From: an uncultured Chloroflexia bacterium
GTDB lineage: Bacteria > Chloroflexota > Limnocylindria > Limnocylindrales > CSP1-4
Assembly (NCBI GenBank): GCA_963712745.1
Contig: CAVQJC010000020.1
Location: 352,001 to 416,000, forward strand
Direction: 5' to 3'
DNA length: 64,000 nt
Shown here: piece by piece, positions 40,884 through 50,347 of the stretch
How the letters are laid out: each line of letters opens with the position of its first letter
How positions within the stretch are numbered: position 1 is the stretch's first letter
Notes under the pieces: generated by a model
Databases searched by the model: none
Told to the model about the DNA's origin: nothing
Seen by the model: only the letters and a program-made list of their open reading frames with translations
Position numbers and translations under genes: made by a program

Positions 40884-41929
40884 CTGGCCGGTCCGCCCGC
40901 CCGAGCCTCGCGAATCATCTTGCGTACCCCGTTCCAGCCGTCGATGAAGGCGTCGCGAAAGTGCTGGACCGGGCCGAACCCCTCGAAGTCCTCGATCGGC
41001 AGCGCTGCCGGGTCGAGCGCCTGGCGCATCTCGGGGAAGGCCTCGGTCAACGTCCTGATGACGGCTGGGTCGACCGGGTCGGTGACCGTCACCTGCGCGG
41101 GCAGATCGTGTTCGACGAGCTCGGCCGCGGTGGACCAGTTGATGGTCGCGGCCATGCCCCCGCCGATGAGCCCACTGAAGTCGAGCTCGATGCGGGCACC
41201 ACCGTAGAGCAGCGTGACCGGGTACTCGCGCTCGCGCACGACCTCGTAGCAGGCGCGGGACACGATGACCCCGGCCAGCTCCATGGCCTCGACCGGCACG
41301 TCCAGCCCGTCGCGCGCGGCGAGCGACTTCAGGTGGTCGCCGAGGATGCCGGTGATGGGGCTCATGAAGAAGGGCGGACGCACGCCCGTCTTGTCGGTCA
41401 CCGCCAGCCAGCGCTCGCAGGTCTCGATGACCTGGGCGGTGCTGAAGACCTCGGTGACGATGACCTGGCTGCCCTCGGCCACGATGGTCTCCATGGCCTC
41501 GTAGCCGGGCACGGTGGCCGGGATCTTGGGCGTGGCGTTGGGGGCGATGGTGCGTGCCGCACGGGCCTCTTCGAGGATGACCGCGCCGTCGGTGTCGGAC
41601 TCGGGCGCACCCTGGATGGAGACGAAGCCCTCCCGGCCCTCGGTCTGCTCGTAGAGCGGGCCGAAGCGCTCGCAGATGCGGCCCACGAGCCGGCGCTGGA
41701 CGAGATCGGCCACGACCTCGTCGTCGTCGGACTCGGGCAGGCACGCGCGCACGATGGGCAGCACCTCACTGGGTGCGCGCTTGACGAGGTTGCCGCCGTA
41801 GCCGGGGTTGGTGGTGCAGCCCATGGCCCCGTGGGCGAGGGCCAGGTCCATCTCCTCGATGGTCGGGTTGTTGATCCAGAAGCGGCCGCCGGTCTCGGCC
41901 CGGACCCGCTCGAAGTAGTGCTCGCTCAT
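40880..41929 (-). CDS. Divergent transaldolase-family protein
   Basis: GCTTNP, GFVSIQ, KIPAT (Schiff-base Lys), TEVFS and MSP motifs. Confidence 0.8.
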   Translation of the reverse strand: MSEHYFERVRAETGGRFWINNPTIEEMDLALAHGAMGCTTNPGYGGNLVKRAPSEVLPIVRACLPESDDDEVVADLVQRRLVGRICERFGPLYEQTEGREGFVSIQGAPESDTDGAVILEEARAARTIAPNATPKIPATVPGYEAMETIVAEGSQVIVTEVFSTAQVIETCERWLAVTDKTGVRPPFFMSPITGILGDHLKSLAARDGLDVPVEAMELAGVIVSRACYEVVREREYPVTLLYGGARIELDFSGLIGGGMAATINWSTAAELVEHDLPAQVTVTDPVDPAVIRTLTEAFPEMRQALDPAALPIEDFEGFGPVQHFRDAFIDGWNGVRKMIREARAGGPAR

Positions 41930-42960
41930 GCGTCCTCCTCGTTGACCGCGACCAGCACCTTGGGTCGCTCGCGGCCGCGCTCCCTCGACCTCGCCAGCGC
42001 CGCCTCCACCTCGTCGAAGGGGTAGACGCGGTCGATGAGCAGCTCCGGCTTGATCTCGCCCGATTCGATGGCGGCCAGTCCGTGGGGGTACTGGCCGGGT
42101 CCGTTGAGCACGCCCTTGATGGTGATGTCGCGGACTGCGATGGCGGCTGCGTCTACCTCCACGAGCGTGGTAGGAACGCCCAGCAGTGCCACCCGCCCCC
42201 CTGGCGCCACGTGGGCCAGGGACGCCTGCACGCCGTCAGGCGTCCCGGCAGCCTCGAGGACCACGTCGAACTCCTCCACGGCAGCCTTGGTGCCGGCTAT
42301 CCAGGGGATAGCCCCGGCAGCCTCCACCGTGGGTGCCCGAACCTCGTTGCGCAGCAGCACGTGCGTACGGATACCGCGCGCCGAGAGGATCATCGCGCCG
42401 GCCAGGCCCAGCGTTGCCGAGCCCACGATGAGCACGTCCTCACCCGGCTGCGGATCGGTACGCCGGATGCCCTCGAGCGTGGTCACCATCGGCTCCACCA
42501 GCGCGGCATCGCGCGTGGTCACGTCGTCGGGGATGGGTAGCAGGTACCTGCTCGGCACCGCCACCACCGTGGCCAGGGCCCCGTCGAGCCCGTTGCGCAC
42601 CCCTATCTCGAGGCGCTGGACGCAGCGCACCACCAGGCCGTTCGTACACAGCTCACAGTCGGCACGGCCACAATCGATGATGGGATCGAGGATGACGCGC
42701 GTACCTGCGGCCAGCTCTTCGGTCGGCTGCAGCAGGGTGCCGGACCACTCGTGGCCCGGCTGCAGGGGGTACATCGCGAAGCCCTGGTGCAGGTAGGGCA
42801 TGCTGCCGTCGAAGAGGTCCAGGTCAGTGCCGCACAGACCGACGTACGACGGTGCCGCCAGCACGTATCCGGGCGGGACCGCAGGTAGCGGCTTGTGGAC
42901 GATCTCGAAACGGTCGGGCCCGGTGATGTGAACAGCGCGGACTGACGAGGGCAGGCTCAT
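41926..42960 (-). CDS. Zn-dependent (MDR) dehydrogenase
   Basis: VGLCGTD, PGHEWSG, CGRADCELC...C and ALVEP. Confidence 0.88.
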   Translation of the reverse strand: MSLPSSVRAVHITGPDRFEIVHKPLPAVPPGYVLAAPSYVGLCGTDLDLFDGSMPYLHQGFAMYPLQPGHEWSGTLLQPTEELAAGTRVILDPIIDCGRADCELCTNGLVVRCVQRLEIGVRNGLDGALATVVAVPSRYLLPIPDDVTTRDAALVEPMVTTLEGIRRTDPQPGEDVLIVGSATLGLAGAMILSARGIRTHVLLRNEVRAPTVEAAGAIPWIAGTKAAVEEFDVVLEAAGTPDGVQASLAHVAPGGRVALLGVPTTLVEVDAAAIAVRDITIKGVLNGPGQYPHGLAAIESGEIKPELLIDRVYPFDEVEAALARSRERGRERPKVLVAVNEEDA

Positions 42961-43742
42961 CGCACCGTGTGACCCCCATCGACCACGAGCACGTGGCCGT
43001 TGACCAGCGAGCCGGCCTCGGAGGCCAGGTAGATGGCCGCACCCACTACGTCCTCCGGCGTGCCCATGCGCCCGAGCGGGATGTTGCCGAGGAAGAACTC
43101 CGCCAGCGCCGGGTCCTCCTCCATCTTCCGGGCGATGAGCGCCGTCTTCACGTGCGTGGGCGCGATGGCATTGACGCGGATGCCGAACCGCGCCCACTCG
43201 ATGGCGAGCGTGCGGGTGAGCGCGTTGAGCGCGCCCTTGGTGGCGGCGTAGTTGGCATTGCCGGTGGTGATGCCCACGATGCTGGTGATCGACGAGGTGT
43301 TGATGATCGAACCCTCGATGCCGCGCTCGATCATGTGCCGGCCCACGGCCTGGTCGAAGTACCAGGCGCCCGAGAGGTTGATGTCCAGCACGCGCTGCCA
43401 CTGCTCGAGCGTCATCTCCTCTGCCGGAGCGCGGTCACCGATGCCGGCGTTGCTCAAGAGGACGTGGATGTCGCCGAGCTCGTCGATGGTGGCCTGCACG
43501 GCAGCCTGCACCTGCGCGTGATCGGCCACATCACAGCCGACCGCGATGGCCCGGCCACCGGCGGCCATGATCCCGTCGGCGACTTCCTGCGCCGCACCCT
43601 GGTCGATGTCCACGACCGAGACCGCGGCACCGTACTGGGCGAATCCTTCGCACACCGCGAGGCCCAGTCCGGAGCCGCCACCGGTGACGAGCGCGGTCTT
43701 GCCCGCGAGGGAGAAGAAGTCGGTCAGGTCACGGGTCTTCAC
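42957..43742 (-). CDS. SDR family sugar/polyol dehydrogenase (paralog of 38968..39762)
   Basis: TGGGSGLG, NAG, YAATKGA and IRVNAIAP. Confidence 0.9.
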   Translation of the reverse strand: MKTRDLTDFFSLAGKTALVTGGGSGLGLAVCEGFAQYGAAVSVVDIDQGAAQEVADGIMAAGGRAIAVGCDVADHAQVQAAVQATIDELGDIHVLLSNAGIGDRAPAEEMTLEQWQRVLDINLSGAWYFDQAVGRHMIERGIEGSIINTSSITSIVGITTGNANYAATKGALNALTRTLAIEWARFGIRVNAIAPTHVKTALIARKMEEDPALAEFFLGNIPLGRMGTPEDVVGAAIYLASEAGSLVNGHVLVVDGGHTVR

Positions 43743-44451
43743 TGGACGTCCCCTCTGTGGCGCGCTCGCCGGCGAGCATCTCCTCTCGCGCGCGCATCTT
43801 GTCCACGATGTCCATGTGCGGACCGGTGATGTGCTGGTCGACCGCGAGCGACACCTGGTACGGGTCCCCGGTCTGGAGCACGGCGTAGAGATCACGGTGT
43901 CGACGCACCACGATCTCCGGCGTGGGTCGATAGAGGTCGCTGTAGAAGAGCACGCGACGGCTATGGACCTGGATGGCGGCCAGGTGCTCGATGAGCAGGG
44001 CATGACCGGACAGCTCGGAGAGCGCGGTGTGGAAATCCATGTCAGCCGCGACCATGCCCGGTACGTCGCCTGCGGCCGCGGCGCGCTCGATGGCCTCGAG
44101 CCGGCGGCCGAGCATGGCCATGGCGCCCTCGTCGAGGTGGCCCCGCTCCGACGCCAGCTGAGCGGCAAACGATTCGAGCGCTGCCCGCAGCGTGTAGATC
44201 TCTTCCGCGTCCCGTGCCGTGACCGTGGAGACCATGGCGCCCTTGTGCGTGCTGCGCGTGACCAGGCCGGTGCCGGCCAACTCCCGCAGCGCCTCTCGCA
44301 CGGTGCCCCGGGAGGTCCCCAGCTCCTCGGACAGACCGGCTTCGGTGAGCGGCCGCCCGGGTGCGTAGTCGCCCCGGATGATGCCCTCGCGGATGTGCGC
44401 CACCACCGCGTCCGCGAGGCTGGGCGGCCGGTCGAGCGTCTTCTGCTCCAT
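43729..44451 (-). CDS. GntR family (FCD) transcriptional regulator
   Basis: PGRPLTEAGLSEELGTSRGTVREALREL; DMDFH. Confidence 0.9.
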   Translation of the reverse strand: MEQKTLDRPPSLADAVVAHIREGIIRGDYAPGRPLTEAGLSEELGTSRGTVREALRELAGTGLVTRSTHKGAMVSTVTARDAEEIYTLRAALESFAAQLASERGHLDEGAMAMLGRRLEAIERAAAAGDVPGMVAADMDFHTALSELSGHALLIEHLAAIQVHSRRVLFYSDLYRPTPEIVVRRHRDLYAVLQTGDPYQVSLAVDQHITGPHMDIVDKMRAREEMLAGERATEGTSSEDP

Positions 44452-44497
44452 GCCTTGCGCTCCCCTCGCTGGATGTCCGCAGTGGACTGGTTGTTGG

Positions 44498-44510
44498 ATT
44501 GTACTACAAT
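44498..44510. promoter_or_regulatory. Palindrome ATTGTA-C-TACAAT: back-to-back -10 boxes and/or GntR operator
   Basis: AT-rich perfect inverted repeat in the 127-bp gap between divergent operons. Confidence 0.6.
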
Positions 44511-44578
44511 GAGACAGCCCGGTACCAGAGGCCCCGCCGACCAGCGAGCCGCGACCGAGCCACGGAGGACAGCAGGCC

Positions 44579-45340
44579 ATGGCGAAGCTGAGGTTCTTTG
44601 GCACCGCGGGCTACGAGCTCGTGACAGCCGACGGCGTACGGGTGGTGATGGATCCCTTCATGGACTCGAACCCGGCCTGCCCCTTGAGCTGGTCGGACCT
44701 CGAGGCGGTCGACCTGGTGCTGGTCACGCACAACGCCTACGACCACGTGGGTGAGGCGGCGGAGATCCTCAAGCGCGACAAGTGCCCGGTCATCTGCGCC
44801 AAGGACGTGGCCCACAGCCTGACCACCGTCCATGGGGTCGATCCCGACCAGATCCGCGTGACCATCTGGGGCATCCCCATGGTGGTCGCGGGTGTCCCGG
44901 TACATCCGATCGAGAGCCACCACTGGTCGTTCTCGGTGACCCCATCGGGTGAGCTCCTGTCCGGGCCGGCCATGGGCTTCATCGTCGATGCCGGGCCGGG
45001 CGTACGCCTCTACCACCAGGGCGACTCGGCCATCTCCTACGACTTCCGCCTGTGGGGCGAGCTGTACCGGCCCACCCACGGGCTGATGGTGGTGGCGCTG
45101 CCGGAGGACTCGCTGCCGCACTTCGAGGTCTATCGCGGTGGCGAGGTCACCGTGCAGGAGGCAGTCATGGCCAGCCAGTGGCTCGGTCTCAAGCACGTCA
45201 TCGCCAGCCACTACCAGTGGCCTTCACACCCGGACGTCCAGCGGTTCGTCGAGCTCATGGCCGCCCACACCGCTGCCGGCGAGTGGCAGCCCACGGTCGT
45301 AGCACCGGAGCCCGGCCAGACCATCGAGCTCGAGCCCTAG
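44579..45340 (+). CDS. Metallo-beta-lactamase-fold hydrolase (UPF0173/UlaG-like)
   Basis: LRFFGTA, MDPF, LVTHNAYDH, ESHH, YHQGDS and SHY; the second His of HxHxDH is replaced. Confidence 0.8.
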   Translation: MAKLRFFGTAGYELVTADGVRVVMDPFMDSNPACPLSWSDLEAVDLVLVTHNAYDHVGEAAEILKRDKCPVICAKDVAHSLTTVHGVDPDQIRVTIWGIPMVVAGVPVHPIESHHWSFSVTPSGELLSGPAMGFIVDAGPGVRLYHQGDSAISYDFRLWGELYRPTHGLMVVALPEDSLPHFEVYRGGEVTVQEAVMASQWLGLKHVIASHYQWPSHPDVQRFVELMAAHTAAGEWQPTVVAPEPGQTIELEP

Positions 45341-45349
45341 GAGAACGCC

Positions 45350-46441
45350 ATGACCGAAGCCGTCGCCAGACACCGCATCACCGCGGACGAGAACTGCGAG
45401 GCCGTCGCAGCCTTCGAGCGCGACACGCTCACGCCGCTGAGCGCGAGCCCCGGCCTCGACGCCGACCAGCTGAAGCAGATGTACCGGCGCATGCGCCTCA
45501 TCCGGGAGTTCGACACCCAGGTGAAGGAGCTCTGGAAGCAGGACTTCATCTACGGCCTGGCCCACTCCTACGTGTGCGCCGAGGCCATCGCCGTGGGCGC
45601 ATGCACGGCTCTGCGCAAGGGCGACTACATCACCAGCACCCACCGGGGCCACGGCCACACCATCGCCAAGGGCGGCGATCCGCGGCGGATGATGGCCGAG
45701 CTGATGGGTCGCGCTGATGGCTACAACAAGGGCAAGGGCGGTTCGATGCACATCGCCGCGGTGGACATGGGCATGCTCGGCGCCACCGGCATCGTGGGCT
45801 CGGCCATGCCCATCGCGGTCGGCTCAGCGCTGACGGCCAAGACGCTGGGCCAGGACTTCGTGACGGTCTGCTTCCACGGTGACGGCGCCACCAACCAGGG
45901 CGTGTGGCACGAGTCGATCAACCTGGCCGCGGCCTGGAACCTGCCCGTCATCTTCCTCTGCGAGAACAACCAGTGGGCCATCTCGATGCCCTACGAGCAG
46001 GCCGTGCGCAACCCCTCGGTGGCCGACCGCGCCATCGGCTACGGCATCCCGGGGGTCACCGTCGACGGCTTCAACGCCATCGCCGTCCACGATGCGGTCG
46101 CGGAGGCGGCTGAACGCGCCCGGAACGGCGGCGGGCCCACGCTCATCGAGGCCCGCTTCTACCGCTACATCGGGCACTTCGTGGCCGACGATGAGGCCTA
46201 TCGCGATCTCGAGTGCAACGAGCGATGGGAGCAGTTCGATCCCATCACCCGCCTGGGCGCGTACCTGGTCGAGTCCGGCGTGGCGGACCAAGCCTGGCTG
46301 GCCGAGGCCGCGGCGGAGGCGTCTGCGACCGTAGAGGACGCCATCGAGTTCGCCAAGGCAGCGCCAGAGCCGGCCCTAGACACGCTCTACGACGGCCTCT
46401 ACTCCGACGAGTTCATGGAGCAGCAGAGGATCGGGCGATGA
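45350..46441 (+). CDS. ThDP-dependent dehydrogenase E1 alpha subunit (AcoA/PdhA-like)
   Basis: STHRGHGH, GKGGSMH, HGDGATNQG, ENNQWA and GPTLIE. Confidence 0.92.
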   Translation: MTEAVARHRITADENCEAVAAFERDTLTPLSASPGLDADQLKQMYRRMRLIREFDTQVKELWKQDFIYGLAHSYVCAEAIAVGACTALRKGDYITSTHRGHGHTIAKGGDPRRMMAELMGRADGYNKGKGGSMHIAAVDMGMLGATGIVGSAMPIAVGSALTAKTLGQDFVTVCFHGDGATNQGVWHESINLAAAWNLPVIFLCENNQWAISMPYEQAVRNPSVADRAIGYGIPGVTVDGFNAIAVHDAVAEAAERARNGGGPTLIEARFYRYIGHFVADDEAYRDLECNERWEQFDPITRLGAYLVESGVADQAWLAEAAAEASATVEDAIEFAKAAPEPALDTLYDGLYSDEFMEQQRIGR

Positions 46442-47511
46442 CCGTGGCACAGACTCCCGCGGGCGAGGTCCAGACCCGCCGCATGAACGTCAAGCGCGCC
46501 ATAAACGAGACCCTGCGCGAGGAGATGCAGCGCGACCCCACCGTCATCATCCTGGGCTGTGACGTGGGGGTGCGTGGCAACCCCTTCGGCGTGACCAAGG
46601 GCCTGTACGACGAGTTCGGGGCCGGGCGCGTGCTGGATACGCCTATCAGCGAGGCCGCCATCGTGGGCTCCTCGCTGGGTGCCGCGGCCACCGGCCTGCG
46701 GCCCATCGCGGAGATCCTCTTCAGCGACTGGATCACCATCGGCATGGACCAGCTGGTCAACCAGATCGCCAAGATCCGCTACATGTTCGGCGGTGCCATC
46801 AGCGTGCCGCTGGTCATCCGCGCCCCGGTCGGCGCCGGTGGCGGCCAGGCGGCCCAGCACAGCCAGTCGTTCGAGAACTGGTTCAGCGCGGTCCCGGGTC
46901 TGCAGATCGTGATGCCGTCCACCCCGGCCGACGTCAAGGGCCTGCTGCGCACCGCCATCCGCAGCGACGACCCGGTGCTCTTCTTCGAGCACAAGCGCGG
47001 CTACGAGATCAAGGGCCAGGTCCCCGTCGAGGAATACACCATCCCCTTCGGCCTGGCCGACGTCGTTCGTGAAGGCAACGATGTGACCGTGGTAGCCATG
47101 TCGATCATGCGTCACAAGGCCATGGCCGCAGCCGAGGCGCTGGCCGCCGAGGGTATCGACTGCGAGGTCATCGACCCGCGCACCATCTTCCCCTTCGACT
47201 ACGACACCGTTCTGGCCTCGCTCGAGAAGACGGGCCGGCTGGTGGTGGTCCACGAGGCCAACCGCCGCAGCAACATCGGCGGCGAGATCGTCTCGCAGGT
47301 GGTCGAACGTGGCTTCAGCCTGCTCAAGGCACCGCCGCGCATCGTGGCCGGGCTCGACGTACCCATGCCCTACAACCGCGCGCTGGAGGCGCTCGTCATC
47401 CCCGACGAGGCCCGCATCAAGGACACCATCGCTCGCGGTCGTGGGCCGCTCGAGCCAGAGGAGGTCGAGAACCCGTGGCCACGTTCTTCCCGCTGCCCAA
47501 GCTGGGCATGA
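46438..47511 (+). CDS. ThDP-dependent dehydrogenase E1 beta subunit (C-terminus possibly frameshifted)
   Basis: DTPISEAAIVG, RPIAEI, QHSQS, DPVLFFEHK and EVIDPRT. Confidence 0.92.
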   Translation: MTVAQTPAGEVQTRRMNVKRAINETLREEMQRDPTVIILGCDVGVRGNPFGVTKGLYDEFGAGRVLDTPISEAAIVGSSLGAAATGLRPIAEILFSDWITIGMDQLVNQIAKIRYMFGGAISVPLVIRAPVGAGGGQAAQHSQSFENWFSAVPGLQIVMPSTPADVKGLLRTAIRSDDPVLFFEHKRGYEIKGQVPVEEYTIPFGLADVVREGNDVTVVAMSIMRHKAMAAAEALAAEGIDCEVIDPRTIFPFDYDTVLASLEKTGRLVVVHEANRRSNIGGEIVSQVVERGFSLLKAPPRIVAGLDVPMPYNRALEALVIPDEARIKDTIARGRGPLEPEEVENPWPRSSRCPSWA

Positions 47512-47753
47512 ACCAGGAGGAAGGCGAGATCGTCTCCTGGCTCGTGGCCGAAGGCGACCCTGTCAGCGAGGGCCAGCCGATCGTCGAGATCGAGACCGAC
47601 AAGGCCACCGTGGAGCTGGAGTCGACCGCCTCCGGCGTGCTCGCGCGGATCGTCCACGGCGAGGGCGACATCGTGCCCATCAACGGCGTGATCGCGGTCA
47701 TCCTCGCCCCCGGCGAGGCCATGCCCGACGAGATCCCCGAGACCATCGCCTGA
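47475..47753 (+). CDS. Stand-alone lipoyl-domain protein
   Basis: LPKLGM..EEGEIVSWLVAEGD.V...EIETDKATVE; stops after 92 aa. Confidence 0.85.
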   Translation: MATFFPLPKLGMNQEEGEIVSWLVAEGDPVSEGQPIVEIETDKATVELESTASGVLARIVHGEGDIVPINGVIAVILAPGEAMPDEIPETIA

Positions 47754-47771
47754 GCAATCGAAGGGAACCTC

Positions 47772-49941
47772 ATGACCGCCGCAGCCGCCACCGCACCCGA
47801 TCTCACCCGTGTCGAGCTGACCGAGCGAGCGCCTGGCGGACACGCCCAGGCGAACGCTGGGCCTGGCCGTCCTCAGCATCCAGACCATCCGCCGCTTCGA
47901 GAAGTGGCTGCTCGACAACGCCAACCTCGTCCACGGGCCGCTGCACTCGAGCATCGGCCAGGAGGCGACGGCCACGGGGGCCGCGCTGGCCCTGCGGAGT
48001 AGCGACTGGCTGACCTCCACGCATCGCGCCCATCACGACGTGGTGGCCAAGCTACTGCTGTCGGCCACGGCGGCCGACTTCGACCCGCTCACGGCGGGCG
48101 TGGTGACCGAGGCCATGGCCGACCCGGTCCAGCGCACCATGGCCGAGATCATGGGCCTTGAGCAGGGCCTGTGCCACGGGCGCGGCGGCTCGATGCACCT
48201 GTGGGACCGAGAAGGCGGCGTCATGACCACGGCCATCGTGGGCGGCGGCATCCCGCCCGCCGGCGGCTATGCCCTGGCCTCCAAGCTGCGCGCCACGGGT
48301 GACGTCGGCGTGGCCTCGTTCGGCGACGGCGCCACCCAGATCGGTGCCTTCCACGAAGCGGCCGCGCTGGCGCGCGCCTGGGAACTCCCGCTCATCCTGC
48401 TGCTCGAGAACAACCACTACTCCGTGGCCACCACGGTCCGTGAGTCAGCCGGCTTCACACGCCTTGCGACGCGCGCGCGCGGCTACGACATGCCCGCCAT
48501 CGTGGTCGACGGCATGGACCCCATCGCCACCATGGAGGCGATGGCGCAGGCTCGCGCGCATGCGGTCGAGCACGGGCCCATCCTGGTCGAGGCCATCTGC
48601 TACCGCTACTACCACCAGAACGGTCCCCTCCCCGGCTCGGCATTCAAGTACCGCAGCAAGGACGAGGAACGCGAGTGGAAGGGCCGGGACCCCGCGGTCG
48701 CGTTCCCGCGCCGGCTCATCGAGGCCGGCCTGCTCAGCGCCGAGCAGGTCCAGCACGTACAGGGCCTGGCCAACGCGCTCGTCGCCCGTTGCGTAGCCGC
48801 CCTCACCGTGGAGACCGAGGAAGGCCCGGCCATCCCGCAGGAGCTGTACCCACCACTCGAGGACACCTCTCGAGGCATGCTCGGGCCGGGCCTGCCGGAG
48901 CTACCGGCCGAACGGCTCGATGAGACTCCCCTCGTCGATGGCGAGCCCATCACCTATACCGAGGCCATCCAGGGTGTCATCGGCCGCTCGGTCGAACGCG
49001 ACCCGGAGGCCATCTTCATGGGCGAGGAGGTCGGGCACCTCGGTGGTGGCGTCATGGGCCTGACCAAGTCGGCCGTGGCCTTGCGACCGGAGCAAGTGAT
49101 CTCCACGCCCATCTGCGAGAACGGCTTCGCCGGCGCGGCGCTGGGCGCGGCGCTGGCGGGCATGCACCCGATCATCGAGTTCATGTACCCCGACTTCACC
49201 CTCGAGGCCACCGACCAGCTCTTCAACCACATCGCCAAGAGCCGCTACATGTACGGCGGGGATCACGAGGTGCCGATCATCGCGCGCACCCAGATCAGCC
49301 GGGGCCGCGGCTATGGGCCGCAGCACTCGTGCGACCCGGCGGCCCTGTTCACCTCGTACCCCGGCTGGCGGGTCGTCGCGCCGACCACGCCGGCCGACTA
49401 CGTCGGCTGCTGGAACGCGGCCATGCTCAGCCGAGATCCGGTGCTCGTCATCGACGACCACCGCCTGGCCAAGACCAGCGGCGTGCTCCCGGCCGCGGGC
49501 TTCGACCACGTGGTAGAGATCGGCCGGGCGCGGCTCGTGCGACCGGGACGGGATGTGACGGTGCTGGCCTGGGGCTACGCGGCCTTGCGCGTGGCGGAAG
49601 TCGTGGCGGCACTGGCAGAACGCGGCATCGAGGTCGAGGTCATCGATCCACGCTGGCTTGACGCTGCCAGCTTCGATCGCGCGACCGTGCTCGAGTCGGT
49701 GGGCCGAACCGGTGCGCTGGTCATCGCAGAGGATGCTCAGAGGACGCTGTCGATGGGCGCCCGCATCCTCGACTACCTGCAGCCGAACCTGCATTCGCTG
49801 CTGCGCACTGCGCCGCTGCGAGTGACCGGACAGGATGTGTACTCGCCGGTGAGCAAGCCGCTGGAGACCGTCGTGCACCTCCAGGACGCCGACATCGAAG
49901 CGGCCATCGTGGCTGCCGCCGAGACGAAGGAGACCACGTGA
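47772..49941 (+). CDS. Fused E1 alpha-beta ThDP-dependent dehydrogenase (frameshift near 47820-47870)
   Basis: HSSIGQEA, STHRAH, GRGGSMH, FGDGA and ENNHY, then TPICENG, QHS and EVIDPR. ATG 47772 is in a different frame from the body. Confidence 0.85.
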
Positions 49942-50177
49942 GCACCCCTATCAAGTTGCCGAACCTCGGCGCCGAGACCGACGAAGCCCGCGTCAGCAGC
50001 TGGCTCAAGGCCGTCGGCGATACCGTCATGGAGGGCGAGGTCATCGCCGAGATCGAGACCGAGAAGGCCAACGTCGACCTCGAAGCCCCCGCCAGCGGCC
50101 GCCTCACAGAGATCCTCGTGCAGGCCGGATCCGCGGCCAAGGTCGGCACGGTGCTGGCGACACTCGAGGAGTCGTAG
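49938..50177 (+). CDS. Stand-alone lipoyl-domain protein
   Basis: LPNLGAE...WLKAVGD.V..GEVIAEIETEKANVD; 79 aa. Confidence 0.88.
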   Translation: MSTPIKLPNLGAETDEARVSSWLKAVGDTVMEGEVIAEIETEKANVDLEAPASGRLTEILVQAGSAAKVGTVLATLEES

Positions 50178-50179
50178 CG

Positions 50180-50320
50180 CCGTCAGCCGCTCGGGCTGGC
50201 CGTCAGCCGCTCGGGCTGGCCGTCAGCCGCTCGGGCTGGCCACACGGTCGGGCTGGCCGTCAGCCGCTCGGGCTGGCCACACGGTCGGGCTGGCCACAGG
50301 GTCGGGCTGGCCACACGGTC
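50180..50320. repeat. Tandem repeat of 20-bp CGTCAGCCGCTCGGGCTGGC and 17-bp CACACGGTCGGGCTGGC units
   Basis: Read directly. Confidence 0.9.
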
Positions 50321-50347
50321 GCGTCGAGGCCCATCGAGCGCAGACAG

